DNA of 64,000 bases from an uncultured Planctomycetales bacterium (GTDB taxonomy: Bacteria > Omnitrophota > Gorgyraeia > Gygaellales > Profunditerraquicolaceae). The notes beneath the pieces were generated by a model. The model saw only the letters and a program-made list of their open reading frames with translations. It ran no database searches and had not been told where the DNA came from. Below are positions 28,688 to 40,002 of the stretch, piece by piece; positions within the stretch are counted from its first letter, which is position 1; every line of letters starts with the position of its first letter. The translations under genes were made by a program, and so were the position numbers. The stretch is from assembly GCA_964545575.1 (NCBI GenBank), contig CAZJFL010000006.1:25721-89720 (forward strand), given 5' to 3'.

Positions 28688-29155
28688 TTATAAAATTTTT
28701 TTTAATAGCTGTAACGCTGCCATAACAGATTTCTTTCGCATAGTGCTACGGTTTCCGTTGAAGTGACGCCTTTCGCAAATGGTTGTATTTTTTGTAGTGA
28801 TGGCGATAAAGACTGTGCCGACTGGTTTATGCGGCGTGGCACCTGTCGGGCCGGCGATGCCGGTAATGCCTATGCCAAAATCGGTTTGGGATATTTTTCT
28901 TACTGATTCAGCCATTGCCATAGCTACCGGCTCCGAGACCGCGCCGTTTTTCCGTAGCTTTGCTGCCGCTATGCCCAAAACCGATGTCTTGCTTTTATTG
29001 CTGTAAGCCACTACGCCCAGCTTAAAATATTCTGAGCTGCCGGATAACTTTGTCAGCAGGCTAGAGAGCATCCCGCCGGTGCAGGATTCCGCTACGGAGA
29101 GGGTTTTTCCCCTGGCGATGAGTAGCCTATGAATTTTGGCGGTAATTTCTTTCAT
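28688..29155 (-). CDS. pncC: CinA C-terminal domain protein (NMN deamidase)
   Basis: AESCTGG, GAVSE, ITGIAGP.G..KPVGTV. Confidence 0.92.
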   Translation of the reverse strand: MKEITAKIHRLLIARGKTLSVAESCTGGMLSSLLTKLSGSSEYFKLGVVAYSNKSKTSVLGIAAAKLRKNGAVSEPVAMAMAESVRKISQTDFGIGITGIAGPTGATPHKPVGTVFIAITTKNTTICERRHFNGNRSTMRKKSVMAALQLLKKIL

Positions 29156-29165
29156 CTCTGGCTAT

Positions 29166-29215
29166 ATTATAAATACTTTTAAACCTGTTGACAAGCTTTG
29201 ATTTTGTGTTAAAAT
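29166..29215. promoter_or_regulatory. Back-to-back promoters with overlapping -35 boxes
   Basis: Plus strand TTGACA (29188)..TGnTAAAAT; minus strand TTGTCA-17-TATAAT for pncC. Confidence 0.7.
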
Positions 29216-29226
29216 AGAAAAAGATT

Positions 29227-29422
29227 AATCTTCAGGGCAAGGTGAAATTCCCGACCGGCGGTAGCGCAGAAACGCACACCAAACCATCAATTTGGTTTGG
29301 GTGTTAGCGCAGAAGCGCACACCAATTTATCCTATAAAATTGGGTGTTAAAGTCCGCGAGCCAAAAAGGCATGAACTGGTGCGAGTCCAGTACCGATGGT
29401 ATAGTCCAGAGGGGAGAAGATT
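29227..29422 (+). ncRNA. FMN riboswitch with an 86-nt insertion
   Basis: AATCTTCAGGGCAAGGTGAAATTCCCGACCGGCGGT..AAGTCCGCGAG..ACCGATGGTATAGTCC..GGAGAAGATT; upstream of ribBA. Confidence 0.95.
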
Positions 29423-29436
29423 GAAATTACCTTTAT

Positions 29437-29468
29437 ACCCGAAGATTCTTTTCGGGTTTTTTGTTTTT
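29437..29468 (+). terminator. FMN riboswitch terminator
   Basis: ACCCGAAGA/TTTTCGGGT followed by a long T tract. Confidence 0.85.
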
Positions 29469-29672
29469 AATGAGCAGAAGACTTACGGAGTTCCGAAAGA
29501 GCGACGTAAGTCTTAGTGATAGCGTTATACGAAATTATTCACGTCTGCGAATTAACGCCGCACCTTTTATTTTTTTAAATGCCTTAAAAAGGTGCGGCGT
29601 AAGTTCGCACAAATAAGTTATGTCGATTAGCTCTAGTTAAATAACGGTCTCCATAACTTATGTGCTCACTTA
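29468..29672 (-). repeat. Family 1 palindromic element (full copy, inverted) in the rib leader
   Basis: Reverse-complement homolog of 10804-11006 with compensatory stem changes. Confidence 0.9.
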
Positions 29673-30880
29673 TGTTCAATTCTATCCAGGAAATAATTCA
29701 GGATTTAAAGAGCGGTTCCCAGGTCATTGTGGTGGATGACGAGAGCCGGGAGAACGAAGGCGACCTGATCATGGCGGCTTCTTTTGTCCGGCCGCAGGAT
29801 ATAAACTTTATGGCCAAGGAGGGGCGGGGGCTCATCTGCGTGCCCATGGAAGAGGAAAGGTTAAGCTATTTACGCCTTGAGCCGATGCTTAAAGACGATG
29901 TTTCTCTGAGCCGGAAAGATCCTTTTTCTACCGCCTGGATGATTTCTGTGGACGCCGCGCGGGGGATAACTACCGGTATCTCTGCGGGCGACCGCAGCCG
30001 CACCATAGAGGCCTTGGCTAATCTTAAGACGACGCCCGAAGAATTGATACGTCCCGGTCATATCTTTCCTTTAAAGGCGCGTAAAGGCGGAGTATTGGTC
30101 AGGGCCGGGCACACTGAAGCAGCGATAGACCTGATGCGCCTCTGTGGGCTATATCCGGTAGCGGTAATCTGTGAGATTATGAACGAAGACGGCACCATGG
30201 CCAGGCTGCCGGAGTTGCTTGAGTTTTCCCGTAAACACAAGCTTAAGATCTGCTCTATTGCCGATTTAATCGAATACCGCAGGCGTTCTGAAAAACTAAT
30301 AGAGCGGGTTTCTGAAACTATACTTCCGACTGAATATGGCACCTACCGGCTGATCTTATACCGGGATTTAATCAGCAGGCAGATGCATATTGCGCTGACG
30401 ATGGGGAAGCTTAACAGCGGCGCTACCCTGGTGCGCGTGCATTCCGAATGCCTGACCGGCGATACGCTGGGGTCTTTACGCTGCGATTGCGGGAAGCAGC
30501 TGGAAAAAGCGATGCAGATTATCGGCCGGGAAAAAAAGGGCGTGCTCCTTTATATGCAGCAGGAGGGTCGCGGCATCGGTTTGGCGGATAAAATCCGCGC
30601 TTATAGCCTGCAGGATAAAGGGATGGATACGGTGGAGGCCAATGAAGCCTTAGGTCATAAGCCGGACCTGCGCGATTACGGTATAGGCGCTCAGATTTTA
30701 GCGGACCTCGGGCTAGAAAATATCCGGCTCTTAACCAATAATCCGCGTAAAATCGTGGGCCTGGAAGGCTATGGTTTAGCTGTCACTGAACGCCTGCCCC
30801 TGGAGGTCAAACCTAATCCTGCAAATTACCGGTATCTAAAGACCAAAAAGGAAAAATTAGGGCACGATTTAAAAATATAA
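29672..30880 (+). CDS. ribBA: Bifunctional DHBP synthase / GTP cyclohydrolase II (start reassigned)
   Basis: RENEGDL, RAGHTEA, RVHSECLTGD, CDCG. Confidence 0.97.
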   Translation: MFNSIQEIIQDLKSGSQVIVVDDESRENEGDLIMAASFVRPQDINFMAKEGRGLICVPMEEERLSYLRLEPMLKDDVSLSRKDPFSTAWMISVDAARGITTGISAGDRSRTIEALANLKTTPEELIRPGHIFPLKARKGGVLVRAGHTEAAIDLMRLCGLYPVAVICEIMNEDGTMARLPELLEFSRKHKLKICSIADLIEYRRRSEKLIERVSETILPTEYGTYRLILYRDLISRQMHIALTMGKLNSGATLVRVHSECLTGDTLGSLRCDCGKQLEKAMQIIGREKKGVLLYMQQEGRGIGLADKIRAYSLQDKGMDTVEANEALGHKPDLRDYGIGAQILADLGLENIRLLTNNPRKIVGLEGYGLAVTERLPLEVKPNPANYRYLKTKKEKLGHDLKI

Positions 30881-31022
30881 GTGAGGGCATAAGTTTGCAC
30901 CCAAAGATACTTTTTAATAGAGATTTGGGTGTTAATTCGCAGACGCTAATAGATAAGTAAAATGATGGATGCTACAATTTACGTCGCTCCTGGAGGAGCT
31001 CCGTAAATTGTCTGCTCATTAA
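30878..31022 (+). repeat. Family 1 palindromic element
   Basis: TAAGTGAGGGCATAAGTT..TTAATTCGCAGAC..ACGTCGCTCC..GGAGCTCCGT..GTCTGCTCATTAA. Confidence 0.9.
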
Positions 31023-31036
31023 AAGGAGGGAGAAAG

Positions 31037-31504
31037 ATGACAAAGGTGATCGAAGGCAATTTAATTGCCAAGGGAAAGAAGTTTGCTATCATCGCTTCGC
31101 GCTTCAACGATTTTATTACCAAGGAGCTGATTGCCGGTTGCCTGGATACGCTGATCAGGCATGGCGCCGACGATAAAGATTTAGTGTTGGCCTGGGTGCC
31201 GGGTGCGTTTGAGATCTCAGTCGTCGCTCAGCGCTTGGCTAAGTCTAAAGCATATGACGCTCTTATTTGTCTGGGTACGGTTATCCGCGGCTCCACCCCG
31301 CATTTTGATTATATCGCTTCAGAAGTAGCCAAGGGAGTAGCCAAGGTCTCTTTGGATAGCGCAACGCCGGTAATTTTCGGCGTGATTACTGCCGATACTA
31401 TCGAGCAGGCTATCGAGCGCGCCGGGACAAAAGACGGCAATAAAGGAAGAGATGCGGCATTAAACGCCATTGAAATGGCAAGCTTAGTGGATAATTTAAA
31501 ATAA
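31037..31504 (+). CDS. ribH: Lumazine synthase
   Basis: [21 protein letters not shown]. Confidence 0.97.
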   Translation: MTKVIEGNLIAKGKKFAIIASRFNDFITKELIAGCLDTLIRHGADDKDLVLAWVPGAFEISVVAQRLAKSKAYDALICLGTVIRGSTPHFDYIASEVAKGVAKVSLDSATPVIFGVITADTIEQAIERAGTKDGNKGRDAALNAIEMASLVDNLK

Positions 31505-31511
31505 ATCCCCG

Positions 31512-31928
31512 ATGAGAAAACGCACCCAGGCCAGGGAGTTTGCCCTGCAGCTCCTTTACCAGATCGATATCACCGGCGATGACTGCGATCAGGCGCTTTT
31601 AGGTTTCTGGCAGTCAAATGCCGGGGATAATATAGAGGAGGAAATTAAGGCTTTTACCTCTGAGCTGGTAAAGGGTGTTGTGGCCTCCCTCACCGCTATC
31701 GACGCTAAAATATCCGCCTATGCCACCAATTGGCAACTTGGGCGCATGGCCTTTGTAGACAGGAATATACTGCGGATGAGTTGCTATGAGCTTTTATTCC
31801 GCGCTGACGTGCCGCCTAAAGTATCGATCAACGAAGCGGTGGAACTGGCTAAGAAATATTCTACCCGGGAAGCGGCAAAGTTCGTCAACGGGATATTGGA
31901 TAAAATAAAGATTGAGAAGGAGAAATGA
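31512..31928 (+). CDS. nusB: Transcription antitermination factor NusB
   Basis: RTQAREFALQ, INEAVELAKKY, FVNGILD. Confidence 0.97.
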   Translation: MRKRTQAREFALQLLYQIDITGDDCDQALLGFWQSNAGDNIEEEIKAFTSELVKGVVASLTAIDAKISAYATNWQLGRMAFVDRNILRMSCYELLFRADVPPKVSINEAVELAKKYSTREAAKFVNGILDKIKIEKEK

Positions 31929-32746
31929 AGTTTGCCGACCTGCACCTGCACACCATGTTTTCCGACGGGACTTACAAACCGGAGGAGCTTCCGGATAAGG
32001 CAGCTAAAAGCGGCTTATCCTGTATAGCTATAGTTGACCATGACACCGTGGCCGGATTACCGCGGGCCTTAGAGGCTGCCAAGCTTAGTGATATAGAGGT
32101 TTTACCGGGGATAGAGCTGAGCGCTGAATATGACGGCTTAGAAATCCATATCCTCGGCTATCTGATTGATCATAAAAATAAAGACCTGCTTAAGAAACTG
32201 GATTTCTTAAAAAATAACCGCATTGAGCGCGTCTATAAGATGGTGGAGAAATTAAAAGGTTTAGGAGTAGCCTTAAAAGCAGAGGATGTTTTTGCCCTGT
32301 CGGAAAACGGCACGGTAGGCAGGCTTCATATCGCCAGGGCGCTTCTTAAGGCAGGACAAGTCAAATCTACGGCGGAAGCATTCCATAAATACATCGGCGA
32401 TAGATGCCCGGCTTATTTTTGCGGTTTTAAATTGACGCCGCGGGAGGCGATAGAGTTAATCCGCAAGGCGGGCGGAGTGCCGGTTTTAGCCCATCCTTAT
32501 ACTTTAGGAAAAGATGAGCTGATAGCCCAGTTCGTAAGAGACGGGCTGATGGGTTTAGAGGTTTATTATCCGGAGCATACGCAATCGATGGTTAATTTTT
32601 ACCTTAAATTATCCCAGGAATACCGGCTGCTGGTAACCGGCGGCTCTGACTGCCACGGTGAGGCAAAACCGGAGGTAAAAATCGGCTCAATAAAAATACC
32701 TTACGCATTGGTCGAGAAAATAAAAGCGGTAAAGAAGAGGTTGTAA
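31925..32746 (+). CDS. PHP-domain phosphoesterase
   Basis: DLHLHT..SDG, DHD, LAHP, GGSDCH. Confidence 0.9.
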   Translation: MKFADLHLHTMFSDGTYKPEELPDKAAKSGLSCIAIVDHDTVAGLPRALEAAKLSDIEVLPGIELSAEYDGLEIHILGYLIDHKNKDLLKKLDFLKNNRIERVYKMVEKLKGLGVALKAEDVFALSENGTVGRLHIARALLKAGQVKSTAEAFHKYIGDRCPAYFCGFKLTPREAIELIRKAGGVPVLAHPYTLGKDELIAQFVRDGLMGLEVYYPEHTQSMVNFYLKLSQEYRLLVTGGSDCHGEAKPEVKIGSIKIPYALVEKIKAVKKRL

Positions 32747-33837
32747 TGCCAAAAAATCACGCCTATTTTATGGGGTTAGCCATGAAGTTAGCCTTAAAAG
32801 GAAAAGGTAAGACTTCGCCTAATCCGATGGTCGGGGCGCTGGTAGTAAAGAAGGGCAGGATCATCGGTAGGGGTTATCATGAGAAAGCAGGTTCTGCTCA
32901 TGCGGAAGCGATAGCTTTAGATGAAGCAGGAAGTAACGCTAAAGGAGCAACGCTCTACGTTACCTTAGAGCCCTGCGCGCACTTCGGCAGGACGCCTCCC
33001 TGCGTCGACAGAATAATTAAAAGCGGGGTCAAAGAGGTAATCGTAGGGATGGTGGACCCGAATCCCCTGAATAACGGCAGAGGCATTAACATACTGAGGC
33101 AGCATAAGCTAAAAGTTGAGGCGGGCATTTTAGAGGATGAGCTAAAGAAACTAAATGAGGTATTTATAAAATATATTACGCGCAAAATTCCCTTTGTGAC
33201 CGTAAAAGTAGGCCAATCCCTGGACGGTAAAATTGCCACCAAAAGCGGAGACTCCAAGTGGATAACTTCTGATAAGTCGCGCGCTTATGTCCATCGCATG
33301 CGCCAGGGTTACGATGCGGTAATGGTAGGGGTAAACACGGTGCTCAGGGATAACCCGACCCTTGACCCCTGGTTTTCTAAAAAGAAACTGACTAAGATTG
33401 TGGTGGATAGCCAGCTCAGCATTCACGAGGAGGCCAATATCTTCTCTTCCGGGGCGCCGGTAATCGTCGTAACTTTATCTATTGCCGCGGGGCAGGAAAC
33501 GGAAAATAGGAAGATATTAGCCCAAAAGGCCAGGATTTTAGAGGCCAAAGAAAAAGAAGGCCAGATTAACCTTAAAGACATGATGAAAAAACTGGCCGGT
33601 CTAGAGATAACTAATATTTTAGTAGAAGGCGGCGGCACGCTGATCGGGGCGTTATTCGATGAAGGATTAGTAGATAAGGTCTGCATTTTTATTAGCCCCA
33701 AGATCATCGGGGGCAAAGATGCAATCAGCTCGGTGGAGGGTAAGGGTATTACGCGCATAGATAAGGCAATCAGATTAAGAGGCGTCAAGCTAAAGCGCAT
33801 CGGCGAAGATTTTTTAGTAGAGGGTTACATCGCTTAA
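32746..33837 (+). CDS. ribD: Riboflavin biosynthesis deaminase/reductase
   Basis: HAE, LEPC..GRTPPC, VEGGG. Confidence 0.97.
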   Translation: MPKNHAYFMGLAMKLALKGKGKTSPNPMVGALVVKKGRIIGRGYHEKAGSAHAEAIALDEAGSNAKGATLYVTLEPCAHFGRTPPCVDRIIKSGVKEVIVGMVDPNPLNNGRGINILRQHKLKVEAGILEDELKKLNEVFIKYITRKIPFVTVKVGQSLDGKIATKSGDSKWITSDKSRAYVHRMRQGYDAVMVGVNTVLRDNPTLDPWFSKKKLTKIVVDSQLSIHEEANIFSSGAPVIVVTLSIAAGQETENRKILAQKARILEAKEKEGQINLKDMMKKLAGLEITNILVEGGGTLIGALFDEGLVDKVCIFISPKIIGGKDAISSVEGKGITRIDKAIRLRGVKLKRIGEDFLVEGYIA

Positions 33838-33838
33838 T

Positions 33839-34417
33839 ATGTTCACTGGCATAATTGAGGAACTGGGGCAGATAAAACGTATCTCTAAAATAGGCAATAT
33901 CGCTTTACTTGCCGTTAAAACGCATAAAATCTTAGAAGATGCAAAAATAGGCGATAGCATATCCGTTAACGGCGCCTGCCTGACTATAACAAGGATAGAA
34001 AACGGCATTTTATTTTTTGAAGTCATGCCTGAAACGCTAAAAATCACAAATCTGGGTATTTTGAGAATTTCGGATAAAGTCAACCTTGAGCGTAGCCTAA
34101 AGATCGGGGATAGGTTGTCCGGGCACTTTGTCACCGGTCATGTTGATTGCCTGGGTCTAATCCGCAAAAAAAAATATATCAAGGGCAATCTTTGTTTTGA
34201 GATCGCCATCCCTGGAGAGTTTAGCAGATACTGTTTACCTAAAGGCTCCGTGGCCGTGGACGGCATCAGCCTTACTTTAGCCGCAAATTTAGCGGGCACC
34301 TTTAGCGTTTATATTATTCCGCATACCTTTAAAAATACCACTCTCGGCTTTAAAGGGCCTTCGGATAAGGTGAATGTAGAGTTTGATATTCTCGCCAAAA
34401 AGAACCTGCACCAATAA
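33839..34417 (+). CDS. ribE: Riboflavin synthase
   Basis: MFTGII, GHFVTGHVD, VNVEFD. Confidence 0.96.
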   Translation: MFTGIIEELGQIKRISKIGNIALLAVKTHKILEDAKIGDSISVNGACLTITRIENGILFFEVMPETLKITNLGILRISDKVNLERSLKIGDRLSGHFVTGHVDCLGLIRKKKYIKGNLCFEIAIPGEFSRYCLPKGSVAVDGISLTLAANLAGTFSVYIIPHTFKNTTLGFKGPSDKVNVEFDILAKKNLHQ

Positions 34418-34505
34418 GTTATGTAAACTTCAATTATTGCCAACTTCATAAATTTCTGCTATACTAATTTCATTCGAATTTTCCAGCATGTAATAGATTG
34501 AAAAA

Positions 34506-34580
34506 CGGGGCGTGGCTCAGTTTGGCTAGAGCGCTTGGTTCGGGACCAAGAGGTCGACAGTTCAAATCTGTCCGCCCCGA
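34506..34580 (+). tRNA. tRNA-Pro (CGG), CCA not encoded
   Basis: CGGGGCG/CGCCCCG acceptor stem, anticodon loop TTCGGGA, T-loop TTCAAAT. Confidence 0.96.
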
Positions 34581-34705
34581 TTAAATAAATGCCTGCGGAC
34601 AGAATCGCGGATTTAATTTTTCCTCGCCGACTAATTTATAGCTGGCGAGCCCTTTTCCGGTAATACAGGCGGGGGGAAAGGGTGTCCGCCCCGATTAAAT
34701 AAATG
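34569..34705 (+). repeat. 23-bp direct repeat of the tRNA-Pro 3' end flanking a 91-bp insert
   Basis: TGTCCGCCCCGATTAAATAAATG at 34569-34591 and 34683-34705. Confidence 0.9.
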
Positions 34706-34975
34706 AAGAAGCAGATCCATGTTTATTATGGCGGAGCGGTGCAGGGTGTGGGATTCCGCTATACTGTCCGCGAGATAGCCGAAGATTTGGACATTTGCGG
34801 CTGGGCTAAGAATCTGGACGACGGCCGGGTAGAAGTGGTAGCAGAGGCCGAAGAGGGAATTTTAGAGGACTTTTTATCCCGGGTCAGGCAGCATTTTTCC
34901 CGTTACATCAGCGATACGCAGCGAGAGTGGCAGATCGCCAGCGGAGAGTTTAAAGATTTTGGCATAAGGTTTTGA
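34703..34975 (+). CDS. acyP: Acylphosphatase
   Basis: VQGVGFR, GWAKNLDDGRVE. Confidence 0.95.
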   Translation: MKKQIHVYYGGAVQGVGFRYTVREIAEDLDICGWAKNLDDGRVEVVAEAEEGILEDFLSRVRQHFSRYISDTQREWQIASGEFKDFGIRF

Positions 34976-34982
34976 TGTGCTC

Positions 34983-37717
<2,735 letters not shown>

Positions 37718-37776
37718 TGGCGCGCGGGATCCCGCTATAGGAAGGAAAATGATATAGCGGGAAAGGAGATGATTAA

Positions 37777-38310
37777 ATGAAACTTCGAACTCGAGAACTC
37801 GAGAACTCGCGAACTTTTGCTGTAATCTTGCTCTTTTCTTTTCTGGTTACAACCTTAGGCTGCGACTCCTTTGTGCGCAAATTCACGCGTAAATCTAAAA
37901 AAGAGAAAGAAGAACAGGTAGAAATGGTCATCGCCCCGGAAGTATATAAGTCTACTATGACAGGAGAGGATTATTACCGCCAATACCTTCTCTATTGGAA
38001 ATCCTGGCAGGGAGAGCTGATTGAGTCTCTTAATATCAGCGGTAGAGGCAATGTCGGCGGCAACCATAAAAAACAAAAAGATTGCGTTAATCAGGCTATA
38101 ACTAACCTGGTAAATATGCGTACGCTTTTGAACCCTGCTCTGCAGGCAAAATTGGATAAGTATATTTCCAGTATGAACGCCTTAAAAGATTCTATTGTTT
38201 CCGATTCCTATAGTAACCTTGCTGATTATAACCGTCAGCGGGCAGAACAATTAAGAAGGGATATATTAAAAGATTTTTCCTATAATTACGTAAAGGCGTC
38301 GCTAAAGTGA
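37777..38310 (+). CDS. Hypothetical lipoprotein with an octamer repeat in the signal n-region
   Basis: AGGAG SD, lipobox TLG-C. Confidence 0.7.
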   Translation: MKLRTRELENSRTFAVILLFSFLVTTLGCDSFVRKFTRKSKKEKEEQVEMVIAPEVYKSTMTGEDYYRQYLLYWKSWQGELIESLNISGRGNVGGNHKKQKDCVNQAITNLVNMRTLLNPALQAKLDKYISSMNALKDSIVSDSYSNLADYNRQRAEQLRRDILKDFSYNYVKASLK

Positions 38311-38924
38311 TATTAGAAACAGTCCGCGTAGGCCCCTTTGATGTAAATTGTTATATCCTGGCAGCAAGTCCAGGCAGTAAGGCCATCATCATCGACCCGG
38401 GGGCAGAGGATAAAAAGATAGAGCGGGTTTTAAAGAGGCATAATTTAAAACCGGTTTTGGTCATTAACACCCACGGCCATTTCGACCATATCGGATGCGA
38501 TGACAAATTCGGCGTCCCCGTCTATATACACAGCGATGATTTAATGCTTTTAAAAGACCCCCAGCTTAATCTTTCTAATTTTATGGCTTCGGCGTATAAG
38601 GTGAAATCAGAAATAAAGACCCTAAAAGATAAAGAAAAGATACTGTTGGAAGATATAGAATTAGAGGTGATACATACCCCCGGTCATACCCCGGGCGGGA
38701 TCTGCCTTTTGCTGAAAAAACCGGTGAATAATGTTCTCTTCAGCGGTGATACTTTATTTTTTCAGGGCGTCGGAAGGACGGATTTTCCTCAGGCGAGCCC
38801 GGATCAGCTGCTTGAGTCTATAAAAGAAAAATTATTGGTTTTGCCGGATGAGACAGCCGTTTATCCCGGCCACGGGCCGTCTTCTACCATCGGCAGGGAG
38901 AGGAAGTCAATGAGTGCACATTAA
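38307..38924 (+). CDS. MBL-fold hydrolase (glyoxalase II-like)
   Basis: THGHFDH, TPGHTPG, SGDTLF, PGHG. Confidence 0.92.
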   Translation: MILETVRVGPFDVNCYILAASPGSKAIIIDPGAEDKKIERVLKRHNLKPVLVINTHGHFDHIGCDDKFGVPVYIHSDDLMLLKDPQLNLSNFMASAYKVKSEIKTLKDKEKILLEDIELEVIHTPGHTPGGICLLLKKPVNNVLFSGDTLFFQGVGRTDFPQASPDQLLESIKEKLLVLPDETAVYPGHGPSSTIGRERKSMSAH

Positions 38925-39075
38925 TCCCGCCCCTTTTTAGTATTTAAATGTTTTTAAAATAAAAGGTGCGGGATAAATTCAGCCAACGAACTTATGTTCG
39001 CTTGCCGCAAAAGCGGCACACCGGCTGTTCCAATACAGCCGGGTGTTATGCTCCATAAGTTCGGGCTTCATTTAA
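38909..39075 (+). repeat. Family 1 palindromic element (variant with nested hairpins)
   Basis: AATGAG start, ATCCCGCCCCTTTT/AAAAGGTGCGGGAT module, GAACTTATG..CATAAGTTC module. Confidence 0.8.
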
Positions 39076-39962
39076 TGCGTGAATTGATAGACATATTTTT
39101 AAACTATTTATCCGTGGAGCGGGGATTATCCCGCAATACCATGGTTTCCTATAAGGAAGACCTTAATTATTATCTGGAGTATCTCGCCCGGCGCCATATC
39201 GATGCGATCTCTAAGACTAATAAAAATGACATAGTAAGTTTTATGCTGGAGCAGAAAGATAAAGGGCTAGCCGCCAACTCCGTTGCCAGGCGCCTGGCAG
39301 CAATAAAGGTATTTTACCGCTTTTTGGTCCGGGAGAGGATCTTAAAAGAAGATGCCACCACTTTAATAGATTCCCCTAAATTATGGAAGAAGATTCCCGA
39401 GACGCTTTCGCTGAACGAAGTGGAGACCCTGCTTGCTCAACCGGATATCAGAAATAAACAGGGAATAAGGGATAAGGCGATTTTAGAGACGCTCTACGCT
39501 ACCGGGATGCGCGTTTCTGAGGCGGTAAACTTAAGGACCGATAACGTGAATCTGGACGTCGGGTTCCTGCGCTGTATCGGTAAAGGCAATAAAGAACGGG
39601 TCATACCTTTGGGCAAAAAAGCGATAGCCAGCGTCAGAAGGTACCTCCAAGGCAGCCGGCCGCAGTTATTAAAGAGAAAAGAAAGCGACTTTCTTTTTGT
39701 CAGCCGCTTAGCAAAAAAGCTTTCCCGGCAGTCGATTTGGAAGATGATTAAAAAATATGCCAAACAAGGCCGGATCAGGAAACCTTTAAGGCCGCATATC
39801 TTAAGGCATTCTTTTGCCACCCATCTTCTGGAGAGGGGGGCGGACCTGCGTTCGGTACAGGAAATGCTGGGGCACGCCAATATCTCGACCACCCAGATTT
39901 ATACGCACATAAACAAAGACAGGCTGAAGACTATTCATAAGATGTTCCATCCCAGGCCGTGA
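39075..39962 (+). CDS. xerD: Tyrosine recombinase XerD (start reassigned to 39075)
   Basis: LSVERGLSRNT, ATGMRVSE, HILRHSFATHLL, LGHANISTTQIY. Confidence 0.93.
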   Translation: MRELIDIFLNYLSVERGLSRNTMVSYKEDLNYYLEYLARRHIDAISKTNKNDIVSFMLEQKDKGLAANSVARRLAAIKVFYRFLVRERILKEDATTLIDSPKLWKKIPETLSLNEVETLLAQPDIRNKQGIRDKAILETLYATGMRVSEAVNLRTDNVNLDVGFLRCIGKGNKERVIPLGKKAIASVRRYLQGSRPQLLKRKESDFLFVSRLAKKLSRQSIWKMIKKYAKQGRIRKPLRPHILRHSFATHLLERGADLRSVQEMLGHANISTTQIYTHINKDRLKTIHKMFHPRP

Positions 39963-39997
39963 TAGTAGTTAGGGATTAGTAGGTAGGGGGTAGGGGG
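39963..39997. repeat. Degenerate heptamer tandem repeat (TAGnnnn x5)
   Basis: TAGTAGT TAGGGAT TAGTAGG TAGGGGG TAGGGGG. Confidence 0.6.
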
Positions 39998-40002
39998 GAA
40001 GA

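Noticed and set aside
29263-29348. Mini-CRISPR interpretation of the 43-nt units
   Set aside because: Only two units, 14-nt self-pairing cores, and no cas genes in the window
29292-29516. 74-aa ORF in the rib leader
   Set aside because: It lies within the FMN riboswitch, terminator and repeat
38994-39074. N-terminal extensions of xerD (and similarly proC 60578, ribBA 29660, rimO 25587)
   Set aside because: They are chance open frames through repeats or upstream genes; downstream ATGs match family N-termini
39075-39962. XerD as integron integrase or mobiliser of the repeats
   Set aside because: It looks like canonical housekeeping XerD without an IntI-type insertion; the repeats lack attC RYYYAAC/GTTRRRY ends
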